IMG/VR virus record: IMGVR_UViG_3300047546_001659
Coordinates: 54,012-118,011 of that record
Strand: one strand, 5' to 3'
Length of the DNA: 64,000 nucleotides
Origin: a virus
The position numbers and the translations under genes are program-made. The notes below the pieces were generated by a model. It saw nothing but the letters and a program-made list of their open reading frames with translations. It was not told the origin of the DNA and searched no databases. Positions 36,237-47,146 of this stretch are shown here, one piece after another. How positions within the stretch are numbered: the stretch's first letter is position 1; each line of letters opens with the position of its first letter.

Positions 36237-38419
36237 GCAGCAGATCCAATAGTGTCAACATCAATATATTTAACTTCTTTCAATTCATCTTCCCACTTAA
36301 TATCCTGAATTGTTTGCTGAATCTTTTCCCACTTGTGAAGTAGGTAAACATCCTTAAAGCAGTATTCAGCCTTCTTGATATCACCGTTGAAGTAATTAGT
36401 AGCAAACTTTTTAAATCTACGAATCCAATCTTTCTTGAGAGTATTCTGATGATTATCTGCTGTAAGATCTTCACCATAACCATTAGCAGTCATACAGGCC
36501 AACCAAAGATTATCGAAACATTTCAAAGCTTCAACAATAAGACCAGATGCCATAATTGCACCTGCACCGTACTTTTCAGTAAGCTGAGCTGCATTTAATA
36601 CTTGAGTGTTTGGTGCTTGGAAATAATCTTTATCGCCTGTCATTGGTAGAAACGAAATACCAGCAAAATAATCACGGTTATTAAATACGTAATCCTCAAT
36701 AGCATCCCAGTCGTCAACAATGACAGTGTTAGAAACATTATGGCGTATGCCGGGATGAGCGCATCTTTCAATATTTGTTCCAGCATTGACCCAGAACTCC
36801 TGTGCCTTCTTAATAAGATCTAAATGCTTAATACCAATAAGATCATCCTTGAAGATTGATCCTTCCTTAGCAACTACTGGGAAAGAAACAACATAATCAG
36901 TCTTTCCAGATGACCAAGCAGATTCTTCAACCATATTAGGATTGATTCTCTTGATAAGCTTTGCAACTTCAGTATCTTTGTTCAGCTGAATGTTGCGAAT
37001 ATACATTGGGGAGTGATCAGCATGAATACCAGAAGCTGTCATCAATAGGACAGAGGCATTCCCGGAAGGCTTAACACAAGTAGTACGAGCAGCAGGGTTA
37101 ATCCCAAGTAGTCCAGCCACTTCTCTATTTGTTTCTTTAACAATTTCAGCTCCTCTTTGTAGAATCTTTTCATCAAACAATGTCTTTGGATTATTCATCC
37201 AACCTGTTACAGAAACACCAAGAAGTGCTTCTCTATCAAAGATAGCCTTTGATGCAGGTGAAAGAAATTTAAAGTCAGTATAACCGGCTTGCAATGTTCC
37301 TAGGATAGAAGCGGCACGACAAGCCTTGTAGAATGTTTCTTCGTTATCACACATACCACCATTGATCTCAGTTAGGTTGCATCCCTGCCATCCTGATTGA
37401 CCATCAATTTGCGGATACATACCAATTTCAACACATGGATTGGTTGTAATATCTTTATCATCAACAAAGAAAAAACCTGGCTCACCAAATTGCTTAATTG
37501 ATGTCATAAGGTTTGCAAATTGTTCTTTTGTTATTTCATTACGAACAATAACAGCACTATTATTACTGCGACCACGTTGTGGATTATCAATATACCAATT
37601 TCCAGTCTTAGCTCCTGCCATCTCATCGTCTGTAGCGCTGAAAAGACAAATAGTAGCTGAGCGGCGAACACCACCAGCCAATACAGCATCAGCAGCGTGC
37701 ATAACAATATCATATACATGGATTGGCCTCAATGTTGCTGACTTCTCATTAAGAGTAAGCCCGGTTAAAATATATTCAATACGATCAAGAGAACGACGAA
37801 GAGGTTCTGGACCTGGTGCCTTAAACCCTCCAGAGATCTTTGCTCCTTTTGGACGAATGGCTGAAAGATCAAAAGCTACCTTACGACCAGCATATTCAGG
37901 ATACTTACCACCATTTTCAAAGAAAGAAGACATAAGAACATCAAGAGCTGTTGCCCAACCCTCAACAGAATCTTCTACTGTATGAAGCTTAGGTGCTTTT
38001 GTACGATGAATGATTTTAGGAAGCTTACCAACATGATGTGATTGTACAGAGAATCCAGCACCTGCACCACAAAGAAGAATGTAAAAAATTTCACCAAAGA
38101 ATTCTGGACGATCAGCATAGGATGATGTGCAATTATACATTCTCATTTGATGCTTGAATAGTTGTTCACCACCAAACTGAAGAGCACGTTGTGCACCAAG
38201 AACAAGTTTTTGTTTATATGCAGCTGCAGCTTCATCCATATAAGCCATCAATTTTGACGACATCTTATCAGCATAAAAACCGGAATGCATTTTCATAACA
38301 CGGTTCACAGCTTCTGACCATGTTTCGTATCTACCTTCATCCTCAATAAATCTTGCATAGCCTTCATAGAATTTGGCGTCTGAAAGTAGTTTCTTAGTAT
38401 CTTTATAAGTTGCAGCCAT
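36206..38419 (-). CDS. nrdJ: class II (adenosylcobalamin-dependent) ribonucleotide reductase
   Basis: YNC, GGVRRSA, TNPCVEI, CNLTEIN, TTCVKPSG, C-terminal CxGGxC; no nrdB adjacent. Confidence 0.85.
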   Translation of the reverse strand: MAATYKDTKKLLSDAKFYEGYARFIEDEGRYETWSEAVNRVMKMHSGFYADKMSSKLMAYMDEAAAAYKQKLVLGAQRALQFGGEQLFKHQMRMYNCTSSYADRPEFFGEIFYILLCGAGAGFSVQSHHVGKLPKIIHRTKAPKLHTVEDSVEGWATALDVLMSSFFENGGKYPEYAGRKVAFDLSAIRPKGAKISGGFKAPGPEPLRRSLDRIEYILTGLTLNEKSATLRPIHVYDIVMHAADAVLAGGVRRSATICLFSATDDEMAGAKTGNWYIDNPQRGRSNNSAVIVRNEITKEQFANLMTSIKQFGEPGFFFVDDKDITTNPCVEIGMYPQIDGQSGWQGCNLTEINGGMCDNEETFYKACRAASILGTLQAGYTDFKFLSPASKAIFDREALLGVSVTGWMNNPKTLFDEKILQRGAEIVKETNREVAGLLGINPAARTTCVKPSGNASVLLMTASGIHADHSPMYIRNIQLNKDTEVAKLIKRINPNMVEESAWSSGKTDYVVSFPVVAKEGSIFKDDLIGIKHLDLIKKAQEFWVNAGTNIERCAHPGIRHNVSNTVIVDDWDAIEDYVFNNRDYFAGISFLPMTGDKDYFQAPNTQVLNAAQLTEKYGAGAIMASGLIVEALKCFDNLWLACMTANGYGEDLTADNHQNTLKKDWIRRFKKFATNYFNGDIKKAEYCFKDVYLLHKWEKIQQTIQDIKWEDELKEVKYIDVDTIGSAACVGGGCELF

Positions 38420-38439
38420 TTTAAACCTCTTTATTATTC

Positions 38440-39027
38440 TTATTTGTTCTCGTAAAAACTTGTATTAAATGCAATTGATATTCTATCTTCACCAGAAAGA
38501 TTCTGTGTTACTTCATGTTCAATCCAACTTGGAAATATAACCAATTTACCTTCTTCAGGATCAACTGTCCACTTAGAGCAATTAGATTCATCATATGATT
38601 TAATTACTCCTTGGGGTGTAAATAACGGTTGTAAAATTGATGGATGTTTTAAAATTAATTTGCCTGAATTTTCTGGAACCTTAACATAATAAACACCCGA
38701 CATATAAGAATTAGGATGTGTGTGCGGTGAATTGTAACTATAAGGGTGATTTATATTAATCCACATACTTTCTACTCTAAGATCCAAATCATCTCTAAAT
38801 TTAATGTTTTGTCTTAGAGCTTCTAATCTGCCATTTATTTCTTCAATTAAAGGTTGGGCTTCAGGCAATTCATCAATAAATTCACTCTGCCAACCACCTC
38901 TGTTAGTATATCTACGACCATCAGTAGTCCTCATTAAATTTTGAGCAAATGTATCCAATTCAATATTATTAAGATTGAGATTATCAACACAGAATAAATT
39001 AGAAAATAAAAACTGTAAATACATCAA
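38440..39027 (-). CDS. 2OG-Fe(II) oxygenase (TIGR02466-like)
   Basis: GGWQS, HTHP..SGVYY, FPSWIEHEV..RISIAFN. Confidence 0.85.
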   Translation of the reverse strand: MMYLQFLFSNLFCVDNLNLNNIELDTFAQNLMRTTDGRRYTNRGGWQSEFIDELPEAQPLIEEINGRLEALRQNIKFRDDLDLRVESMWININHPYSYNSPHTHPNSYMSGVYYVKVPENSGKLILKHPSILQPLFTPQGVIKSYDESNCSKWTVDPEEGKLVIFPSWIEHEVTQNLSGEDRISIAFNTSFYENK

Positions 39028-40073
39028 ATTTTACTCCACTGTTGTAATCTCATCTTTGCGGCAAGACCTGAATATGTATTTTGATCAATAATAGCTTGTA
39101 TAGCGGGACCCGAAAGATCCTGTTTCAAAATCATATCGTTTATATCTTTTTGTTCAATAAAATCTGGCCAGATACAGACTTTATAACCCTGATCCACTGT
39201 CTTGGAAATTTTATTGACAATTTCTTTGTTTCGTGGTTCATTATCATATATTACCGTTATATTATCTCTGTCTGTTATATTATTCAAGTTTATATCAGCG
39301 CCGGCCATTGCAATACAATTATCTAAGAAAAGGCTATCAATTGGACCTTCAACTACATAGACATTCTTTGTCTTGTCTATTGTTTCTAATCCAAACACCT
39401 TTTCTTTTGTATCATCTAAGATAATTGTAGAGTAACGCATGTTGGAAGTCTTACTAAGGGATCTCCCAGTAAAACCAAAAACATAACCTTTAGAATCAAT
39501 GAACGGGAAAACGATGCGTGGTTCATCGAGCTTCAATGCTTTATCGGTGAACTTATTTGGCACTATCGAATTTACCCAAGTATAGTATATAGGAGAATAG
39601 TAAATTCTAAAATGAACGTTGGGAGGAATCTTTCGGTTTTGAACATATATTTTTGCAGGATGATCATGCTTTAATTGTGATATTTTCTGCAAATTCTTAA
39701 AAGGTTCAAAAGAATCTATACGTCTGCTAGAGAATTTTTCGATAGCAGGTATAAATTTTTCGCTTTCGTTATGAGTATTTGCACCACCTGTCTCTTTTAA
39801 AATTTCCAACCGATATTCGGTATATAAAACAGGATTTTGTGTCTTAATAAATTTAGATAATGATGTACTGGCACTACAATTAAAACATTTAAAATTAATG
39901 TGACCTTCGTATTCATAAAAATGACCACGAGTTTTAAATTTATTTTTAGTAGAATCACCACACATAGGACATCTAAATTGTGCTATGTAAGGTTTTGATT
40001 TTTTTACTTTAAATTGTTGTAGTTGTGTACCAACCAATGAAGCATATTTTTGTTCTATCCACAATGTACTCAT
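39024..40073 (-). CDS. gp61: DNA primase gp61
   Basis: RCPMCGDS..KCFNC zinc finger; EGPIDSLF, DNEPRN, KDINDM. Confidence 0.93.
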   Translation of the reverse strand: MSTLWIEQKYASLVGTQLQQFKVKKSKPYIAQFRCPMCGDSTKNKFKTRGHFYEYEGHINFKCFNCSASTSLSKFIKTQNPVLYTEYRLEILKETGGANTHNESEKFIPAIEKFSSRRIDSFEPFKNLQKISQLKHDHPAKIYVQNRKIPPNVHFRIYYSPIYYTWVNSIVPNKFTDKALKLDEPRIVFPFIDSKGYVFGFTGRSLSKTSNMRYSTIILDDTKEKVFGLETIDKTKNVYVVEGPIDSLFLDNCIAMAGADINLNNITDRDNITVIYDNEPRNKEIVNKISKTVDQGYKVCIWPDFIEQKDINDMILKQDLSGPAIQAIIDQNTYSGLAAKMRLQQWSKI

Positions 40074-40101
40074 GTAACTCTATCCTTATATTGAACAGAG
40101 T

Positions 40102-40130
40102 TATTATACCATAGTTATAGAAAAAAGCAA
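40102..40130 (-). promoter_or_regulatory. sigma70-like promoter upstream of primase
   Basis: TTGCTT-16 bp-TATAAT with extended TG. Confidence 0.55.
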
Positions 40131-40133
40131 CAA

Positions 40134-40412
40134 TTATTTTTGTTCTGATACAGTTTTTTCTGCATCATCATAAAATTGTTTGACAGCGTCCATCTTCTGT
40201 TTGCAAGTCATATTATTCTTTTGCAGTTTTAGGATAAGAGCACCGACCTGTTTATTTGTCAATGTATCAGGTTTAGGAAACTTTGTTTCAACTGGGCACT
40301 CATACATATCTGCTGGAGCTTTTACAATTTTATATTCAGGTGCTAATAATTGCACCGCTGTTTGAGAACAACCTGTAAGTAACAAAGGTAATAATAAAAT
40401 CAACTTTTTCAT
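40134..40412 (-). CDS. o-spanin (lipoprotein)
   Basis: Lipobox LLTG-C, Pro-rich, two further Cys. Confidence 0.7.
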   Translation of the reverse strand: MKKLILLLPLLLTGCSQTAVQLLAPEYKIVKAPADMYECPVETKFPKPDTLTNKQVGALILKLQKNNMTCKQKMDAVKQFYDDAEKTVSEQK

Positions 40413-40813
40413 TTCTTTTTCTCACCATAAGTTGCATCAAGCTGTTTTACAATACTTTTTAAATAAGGTGCCGCATCATCGGACACTGGAACTGTTGTAG
40501 GGGTTTTGGGTTTAGTTTCCTCGTCAGCTTTCTTTTCAATTTCTTCTAATTGTTTCTTAGCAGCTGCTTCTTGTTCAGCAATTATTGCTCTTATGCGATC
40601 AGCATTGGTGTTAATTTCACCAGTCTTTTTTTGAAAGTCTTCTTCTTTTTGTTGTAACAATTGCTGTTGCATTTCATTAAATTTATTGGTAGCTTCGTTC
40701 CATAAATTATGATCATGTGCAGCCAACCAACCAAAGAAAATTCCTGAAAGTAAAATAGCAGCGCCAATAAATTGACCAATTTTATTATTTAAAAAAAATC
40801 CAAGTAATGGCAT
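40409..40813 (-). CDS. i-spanin
   Basis: N-terminal TM plus coiled coil, directly upstream of the lipoprotein. Confidence 0.65.
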   Translation of the reverse strand: MPLLGFFLNNKIGQFIGAAILLSGIFFGWLAAHDHNLWNEATNKFNEMQQQLLQQKEEDFQKKTGEINTNADRIRAIIAEQEAAAKKQLEEIEKKADEETKPKTPTTVPVSDDAAPYLKSIVKQLDATYGEKKK

Positions 40814-42183
40814 TATGGTCTTCCCAATGATAAAATTTTATCTTGCTTTGTTTTCTTATAATCGTTAAGCTTATCTAAATAGCCTGCATTACGAAGATCC
40901 TTAAATATCAAGTTACCAAAAGCAAACTCACCATCTTTTGCAATTGAATCACCACGCATCTTTTTAATTTTATCTTTTAATATGTCAATAGAGTCATCAC
41001 TAGCATTATCAGCAATCATCTTATCAATCATATCTTTATAAAACTGAACTTTTTTCTGTAAATGGTAATCATCTTCAAAATGAAGATCTAGCATTTGAGG
41101 ACGAGCTAACCATCTATTTTGAATAAGAGAATATACGCCCTGATTTGAATGAGGTTTCTCATCAATATCTTGTGCATAAAGTTCTACTGGATAACCATAT
41201 ATTGAAATATCCGGATGTTGTAATGTCCAAAGAATTTTCTTATCTTGAAGATATTCATCTACAAATGCACGATCCGGATTGATAGCAGATCTTGACATTA
41301 CAATATGAAGATCAATATCTGAATTTGGTGTGTAATTATAATTTACATTACCACCCGTAATTACAACATCGTGTATAAGACTTGGTGGTATTTTTGTAAA
41401 GGCTACCCACGCATCAGCAATTTGTAAAAGCTTATCTCGTACCTGATCTTTTAAAGAATTAGTAGCATCCCATAATTTTGAATTTAATTCTTTATGATAT
41501 TGTAATGTAGTATCTTCTTTTAGATAAGATTCTACTTTATTCTGTACAGTAATAATTTCAGTTTTACTTTTACCATCAGAGCCCGATTTTTTAGTATTTA
41601 ATGGTAAAGCATTTTGTGAACCCTGTACAATAGCTTGTTCGGCCTGTGAAATTTGTTTTGCTCTTTTAATATAAGCAAGAATGGGCTGTGATGTTTGTTT
41701 AGATTTTTTTTGGTGTTTTCTTTGTACTGCTGGTGATATACCGGGTTCACCCTTCCAGGATCCGGGAGGCTCACCGATACCAGCTATAGCCCCACCTCCT
41801 GCAGCATTAACAGGAATATCTTCGTTTAAATTTAATAGGTTATCATAAATGATATTAAATTCTTGCTCTACTATATTTTCAATTTCTTCCATAGATGCAT
41901 CTTCATGAATAGGCTTTGATCTTAACAATAAGACAGTTGCAGCAATTGTTCCAAGCCTTGAAGCACCACCAGGAATTTTAGCTAAAAGCTTCTTTAAATT
42001 TATCACCATAATATCAAATAACCCAAGAATTTTTCTTTCTTCGGGTGAAAATTTACTTCTGTCTTTTAAAAAATTACCTTTGTCATCTATAAGATTGTAC
42101 TTATAGGCCGGCATTTGATTAAATGGAGTAGTAAGTTTTTTAATAAATTGATAAGTTAAAACCGTATCAAAGATACCAGCCAT
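40813..42183 (-). CDS. conserved head-associated N-domain fused to Pol-beta-type nucleotidyltransferase
   Basis: YQFIKKLTTPF N-domain; ITGGNVNYNYTPNSDIDLHI..PVELYAQD..GVYSL. Confidence 0.65.
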   Translation of the reverse strand: MAGIFDTVLTYQFIKKLTTPFNQMPAYKYNLIDDKGNFLKDRSKFSPEERKILGLFDIMVINLKKLLAKIPGGASRLGTIAATVLLLRSKPIHEDASMEEIENIVEQEFNIIYDNLLNLNEDIPVNAAGGGAIAGIGEPPGSWKGEPGISPAVQRKHQKKSKQTSQPILAYIKRAKQISQAEQAIVQGSQNALPLNTKKSGSDGKSKTEIITVQNKVESYLKEDTTLQYHKELNSKLWDATNSLKDQVRDKLLQIADAWVAFTKIPPSLIHDVVITGGNVNYNYTPNSDIDLHIVMSRSAINPDRAFVDEYLQDKKILWTLQHPDISIYGYPVELYAQDIDEKPHSNQGVYSLIQNRWLARPQMLDLHFEDDYHLQKKVQFYKDMIDKMIADNASDDSIDILKDKIKKMRGDSIAKDGEFAFGNLIFKDLRNAGYLDKLNDYKKTKQDKILSLGRP

Positions 42184-42572
42184 TAGATTTTCCTCAATTC
42201 TAATAGTATTTTTATGTCTTCTTGAATATCTTTAATATTTATGGTTCTGTTTTCTATCCCTATATTTTCAACTTTTTCTGGTAGAATACCCAGAAATGAT
42301 AGGAATGATTTAAGTTGAGATTCCATGCCTTTACATTTTAAAAACAGCATTTTTGTAGTTGCATGGGCACCAAATACATTATTTAATATAATAATATGAT
42401 TTAAAATTAAACGTTCTTTTAAATCACCCTCTTCAAGATAGCGATTTAATAATCTCTTGATATATTTGAATCTTTTTAAATCATCATAAAATTCTACAGT
42501 ATCATAACACTGGGGATTATCATAATGTTTAGCAGCATATAATAAAAAATTAAATTCGTCTACTTTATCCAT
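42183..42572 (-). CDS. conserved T4-like hypothetical protein
   Basis: FLLYAAKHYDNPQC..EFYDDLKRFKYIKRL..LILNHII. Confidence 0.75.
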   Translation of the reverse strand: MDKVDEFNFLLYAAKHYDNPQCYDTVEFYDDLKRFKYIKRLLNRYLEEGDLKERLILNHIIILNNVFGAHATTKMLFLKCKGMESQLKSFLSFLGILPEKVENIGIENRTINIKDIQEDIKILLELRKI

Positions 42573-42581
42573 ATCACAACA

Positions 42582-43910
42582 TTATACTAAACTACTATAG
42601 GGTACGTGTTTACTTGAAATTTCTGATGGTGTTAATACACCACTCCAAATATTTATATCCTTAATAGTACTATCAAAATAATCAGTAGAATCCCATCTAC
42701 GTGAAATTCTAATACCTGCATTATCAGATGATGCAGTTCCTGGTGCGGTAGTATTAGATACTAAAACACCATCTAAGTATACTCTAAGTTCTTTTGTTGG
42801 ACCGTAGAATGTACAGACAACATCATACCAAGTATTAGCAACAGGTGAAGTTTTTGCGGATAGGACATTCCAATAACCTGCATTACTATCAAAGAATCCT
42901 GCATCTAATTGATTATTACCATTTACATAACCAATAGCATAATTAATTTTTGTACCTGTTCCAGGCCAATTTTCAGTAATTAAGCATGGAGCTATAGATT
43001 GATTTGCTGTTTGTACTTGGAATACACCTTGGATAGTATAACTGGATAATGGTGAGAGACTATTTCCAGCTCCTGTATCACCCCATTCGGAATTAGCAGC
43101 TCTAAATCTAATCTGACCACCGTTAGTATTACTATAAACTGGATTGTTATATATTGTAAATGCTTTACTACTTATTAAATCTGTCCAAGTGCCGTTACTT
43201 GTATATGTGTTAGCATGTAATGCAAATACTTGTTGTGCTTGATATTTACTCTTTGTAGAGTTGTATCTAGATGAAGTGCTAGTTGTAGCACCATATATTG
43301 GTTCAATATAACCTTGATAACGATTTGAGGTAAACATAGCAGTAACACTATTGAATCCAATTGCAATATATGAAGCTCCTGGACCAGATCTTGTTATACC
43401 TGTAGCTGTTACTGCAGTTCCGCCATTAACTTCTAGACCTAATGTACCGCTGTTAAAATAAAAGTAAATATGATTCCATGCATTTAATGTCACTTTATCA
43501 GTAGATACTATACTTGAAATGTTACCACCATTCCATGTTCCGGCATAGATGTGACCGTCATTGTCGATCTCCATCATATTATAATAATAACCAGGTGATG
43601 CATTATTATCCATTTCAGTTAGAATAGCAACGCCAAGACTAGTTGGATATATCCAAAAATCTAACCAAAAATTTGTAACTGCACCTAATGTGGGTGTGGT
43701 TTGATATCCTCCACCAGTAAATCTTGTCGTGCTGGCAGTTGTTTCATTAGAAAAATTGTAAGATAATGTATTAATACTACCTGGTGTACCTTCTGCATAG
43801 TAATAATTATTTGGAGAACTATTCCAATAAAAACTTCCAACTGGTGAAAGAGAAGGTGCACCACCACTAAGAAATGAAGTACCTATGATTGATTGTGCTA
43901 AACCAACCAT
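42582..43910 (-). CDS. LamG/concanavalin-like virion protein
   Basis: Two LamG-like units (FWIYP..WNHI; WTDL..WYDVV..YLDG..LTPSEI). Confidence 0.7.
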   Translation of the reverse strand: MVGLAQSIIGTSFLSGGAPSLSPVGSFYWNSSPNNYYYAEGTPGSINTLSYNFSNETTASTTRFTGGGYQTTPTLGAVTNFWLDFWIYPTSLGVAILTEMDNNASPGYYYNMMEIDNDGHIYAGTWNGGNISSIVSTDKVTLNAWNHIYFYFNSGTLGLEVNGGTAVTATGITRSGPGASYIAIGFNSVTAMFTSNRYQGYIEPIYGATTSTSSRYNSTKSKYQAQQVFALHANTYTSNGTWTDLISSKAFTIYNNPVYSNTNGGQIRFRAANSEWGDTGAGNSLSPLSSYTIQGVFQVQTANQSIAPCLITENWPGTGTKINYAIGYVNGNNQLDAGFFDSNAGYWNVLSAKTSPVANTWYDVVCTFYGPTKELRVYLDGVLVSNTTAPGTASSDNAGIRISRRWDSTDYFDSTIKDINIWSGVLTPSEISSKHVPYSSLV

Positions 43911-46144
43911 CAGTCAATAGCCAAACCGGCTCCAGACAGCATCCACTTATCTGTGCCTATCTTTAATAGGGTAGCCATAGAGTTATTTGGAATGTAGAAA
44001 GAAGTACTTGTCTGATTATATCCGGCACCCCATACTTCAGTAGTCATACCATCTACTGGATAAATGTAGGTCCAACCATTTCCACTAACTATAGTGATTG
44101 TAGTTCCTATTTCAAATGGGACTGATGCATCAGTAGGCACTTCAACACCATAACCATCACCATCGTTTTTGTAGATATGTTTACCAGCATCTGAAAGAGT
44201 TAGGGTGTAATTATTAAATCCACTTTGTAGATTCTGAGGTATTGATTTGATTACTGATACACCGTCAGAATTTTTAATATCACCGTTTGCTGGTAGAGTT
44301 ATATTACCTGATTCTAAAGTCCATTGGTAATTAGTTGCAGTATTTACATTATATGTGTATAACTGAATTTGACCTATACCATCTACATCATTACCACCAG
44401 TAAATGTTACTGCAGACTGCCATGTATTAGAAGCAGCAGTCTTATAAACAACTGATATTGGTAACCCTGATGGGCCATTGCTCAATCCAGACCAACCCAT
44501 TCCTTCTGGACCAAGAGTACCACCAGCTGGGATGTGAAAATAACCGTCCTCTTTAAATGCCCAAACGTTTGTGTTTGATTGAATTGAAATATCGCTGCTA
44601 GAATAAATGGAAGAAATAGCAGGACTTGCATTTAATGGAACTGCAGGAAGTGTAAGAGTGCCTGAACTTTCAAAAGCCCAAGTGTATGTTCCAGAATTAA
44701 TAGAGAATGATGAATTACCATACAATTCTGCTCTTATATCATTACCATACTGACCACCACCATTATTTGCACCACCTGCACCATATACTCTGAAGTTAGT
44801 TGCACCATAATCACCTAATGTGACTGCACCTCCTGTACCACCTTCATACAAATGTATATCATAGTCACCAGTTGGTTTAATTATTAATTCATTTATCCAA
44901 GAGTTATTAGGTTTAATACTTAGAGAAATATTATCATGGGGTCTAAACTGATAATTCCAGTTTATACCTAAAGTGTTATCGGTACCATAATATTGTATTG
45001 TACCATTTGAGTAGTGATACATGTTAGAATAACTAGCGGCATTCTGAACATATTGGCCAACTTCTGCATAACCTGTGGATTGATAAGTCCACATCCATGC
45101 TTGATCATCACCACCTCCATCACCATCAGTAGTAGATGACATCTCTGCTAAATTAATTGAATATAAATCGAAATACGGTGTTGTAGAATGTATATCTGAA
45201 TTAACTGTAATACCATAAGAATTAACAGTCATTCTTACATTTTCAGCATTAGTATTACCAGCTACAAACTTAATAGTATTATCCGTTTGCGGACCTATAA
45301 CAAGGTCTCCGCCTGTATTATAAAGATAGGCATCGTTAGGACCCCATACGTTACCGTATGTTGTATCTGTATAGTTTGAACTATTGATACCCATATCAAT
45401 AAATGGGCCAGTACCCTCACCATAATTGCCCTGATCATTATAAACAACAAGATCCCCAGATGCGTTATTGGCATTAGAAGTGTTCTTTAAAACAACTTGA
45501 TGATAAGAATTTGCTGAAGTTAAAAATACAGGTGAGTTAGAAAGTCCACCCAAACTTCTATAATAATTTCCATCATGAATCCAAGATTCAGTATCACCAG
45601 AATACTGAATATGATAAGAACTGACTTGTGTTCCAAGATGAGGATCTTCAATGAGACCTGTGTTATCAGTTGTATTAACTATTACTGGATATTGGCCATT
45701 ACCACTATCAATATTTCTAATAGTATACACTTTACCTACTGGCACATTACCAGGAAGTGTAATTGTGATAGGTTGATATAAAGTAGCAGGAACAACTAGA
45801 AGAACACTATCATCAATTGTTGCTGTGTAATCTGTTGTTAAATAGATAGCTCCAAGCGCACGTACATCTGGATTATATTTCCAATTAGCATTGCCTGTGT
45901 TATTTGCAACTAATATTTTACCAGCGGTAGCCCCAGCTGGTAAACCGCCACCAACACCCGCTGAACCAGTATAACCTGCACCAACAGATCCTGTGTAGCC
46001 TCTTAATTGTGAGCCTACAGAAGAAATAAAGTTATTTACAGTAATTTTATTAGTAGAGGGTAATCCGCTAGGATCATGAACAACCATCAATAGGTCATTA
46101 TTAGCAACCGATGTAATGGCATTTAATTCAGAAATCTTAGGCAT
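43910..46144 (-). CDS. tail fibre/receptor-binding protein
   Basis: PKISELN N-terminus, GYTGS repeats, W-x-F-xx-G-xL-P repeats, C-terminal YTLTLSDAGK..WMLSGAGL. Confidence 0.65.
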   Translation of the reverse strand: MPKISELNAITSVANNDLLMVVHDPSGLPSTNKITVNNFISSVGSQLRGYTGSVGAGYTGSAGVGGGLPAGATAGKILVANNTGNANWKYNPDVRALGAIYLTTDYTATIDDSVLLVVPATLYQPITITLPGNVPVGKVYTIRNIDSGNGQYPVIVNTTDNTGLIEDPHLGTQVSSYHIQYSGDTESWIHDGNYYRSLGGLSNSPVFLTSANSYHQVVLKNTSNANNASGDLVVYNDQGNYGEGTGPFIDMGINSSNYTDTTYGNVWGPNDAYLYNTGGDLVIGPQTDNTIKFVAGNTNAENVRMTVNSYGITVNSDIHSTTPYFDLYSINLAEMSSTTDGDGGGDDQAWMWTYQSTGYAEVGQYVQNAASYSNMYHYSNGTIQYYGTDNTLGINWNYQFRPHDNISLSIKPNNSWINELIIKPTGDYDIHLYEGGTGGAVTLGDYGATNFRVYGAGGANNGGGQYGNDIRAELYGNSSFSINSGTYTWAFESSGTLTLPAVPLNASPAISSIYSSSDISIQSNTNVWAFKEDGYFHIPAGGTLGPEGMGWSGLSNGPSGLPISVVYKTAASNTWQSAVTFTGGNDVDGIGQIQLYTYNVNTATNYQWTLESGNITLPANGDIKNSDGVSVIKSIPQNLQSGFNNYTLTLSDAGKHIYKNDGDGYGVEVPTDASVPFEIGTTITIVSGNGWTYIYPVDGMTTEVWGAGYNQTSTSFYIPNNSMATLLKIGTDKWMLSGAGLAID

Positions 46145-46172
46145 TATTACCCTCTACTTATTTTTTTAATTA

Positions 46173-46658
46173 TCAGGAATTAGGAAATACTGTATTTTCA
46201 GCATCACCTGAAATTGTACCAGTGGCAACAAGTGTTTCAAATTGAACACGACCTGCACGGCCACCTGAGCCAACCTTACGAAGAACCCAACCAGAATGGG
46301 CAACTTTTTTACCGTTTCCAGCAACTCCAGCTTCAGTTGTATCAACACCAAAAATATTATTTGATGATTCACCAGTTGCATGTGAATATGCAACATACTT
46401 AGGCTTTTCACTTAAAATATAAGTGTTGCCAGCACCAACGGCGGCAATAGATCCACCATTTGTACCTGATCCTACTGTAGCTGATGTATTATTAGCAATA
46501 GCAGTAATAACGTAGTCAACATTTGCTGCAGTAATAAAATTACCTACAGCTGCTTGCGTTGTAAATAGAGTACCTGTTCCAGTTACAGCACCTGCAGTAT
46601 TAATTGCAATAGTTCCACTATTTGCATTTTTATTATCTTTATTTCCCCAAAGTGACAT
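46173..46658 (-). CDS. virion structural protein
   Basis: MSLWG..HSGWV..GRVQFETLVA. Confidence 0.6.
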   Translation of the reverse strand: MSLWGNKDNKNANSGTIAINTAGAVTGTGTLFTTQAAVGNFITAANVDYVITAIANNTSATVGSGTNGGSIAAVGAGNTYILSEKPKYVAYSHATGESSNNIFGVDTTEAGVAGNGKKVAHSGWVLRKVGSGGRAGRVQFETLVATGTISGDAENTVFPNS

Positions 46659-46711
46659 TTTTTTCTCCTTTAAGTAGAATTACAGACTTCTACGTAGGTA
46701 TTTATGAAACC

Positions 46712-47146
46712 TTATTGGAGAGTAGATCTTAACATCCAAGCGTGTTTTTTATGAATATCAATACGATCTTGCAAGAAATTAGCTAACCCATGCTCAGAAT
46801 TTTGTTCTGCTGAAAGATAAGCCTGAGTTAAAGCATCTAATACTTTATCATTATCCTGAATAGAAATTGATATCATTTGTTCTGCAGGAACCACATCAAT
46901 TTGATCTTTAATCAATGTCATGTCCATAAAACGAGAAAGAGAACCGGGAGCAAATCCTTTTACAGATCTAATGTGTTCTGCAATATCATCATTGGCTTCC
47001 CATACTTCTGTATAAAGCTTTTCAAAAAATTCATGATATTGAGGGAAATTAGGTCCTGTAACATTCCAGTGAAAGAAATGTAATTTTAAGTAAAAAGAAA
47101 AATTAGTTGCTAATAACACTTTAAGTTTTTCTAATAGTTGTTCCAT
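46712..47146 (-). CDS. dps: Dps ferritin-like DNA protection protein
   Basis: HFFHWNVTGPNFPQYHEFFE..DDIAEHIR..HKKHAWML. Confidence 0.9.
   Translation of the reverse strand: MEQLLEKLKVLLATNFSFYLKLHFFHWNVTGPNFPQYHEFFEKLYTEVWEANDDIAEHIRSVKGFAPGSLSRFMDMTLIKDQIDVVPAEQMISISIQDNDKVLDALTQAYLSAEQNSEHGLANFLQDRIDIHKKHAWMLRSTLQ

Noticed and set aside
37440-37985. 181-aa plus-strand ORF and the many other short antisense ORFs in the track
   Set aside because: Lie opposite well-conserved genes and show no recognisable motifs
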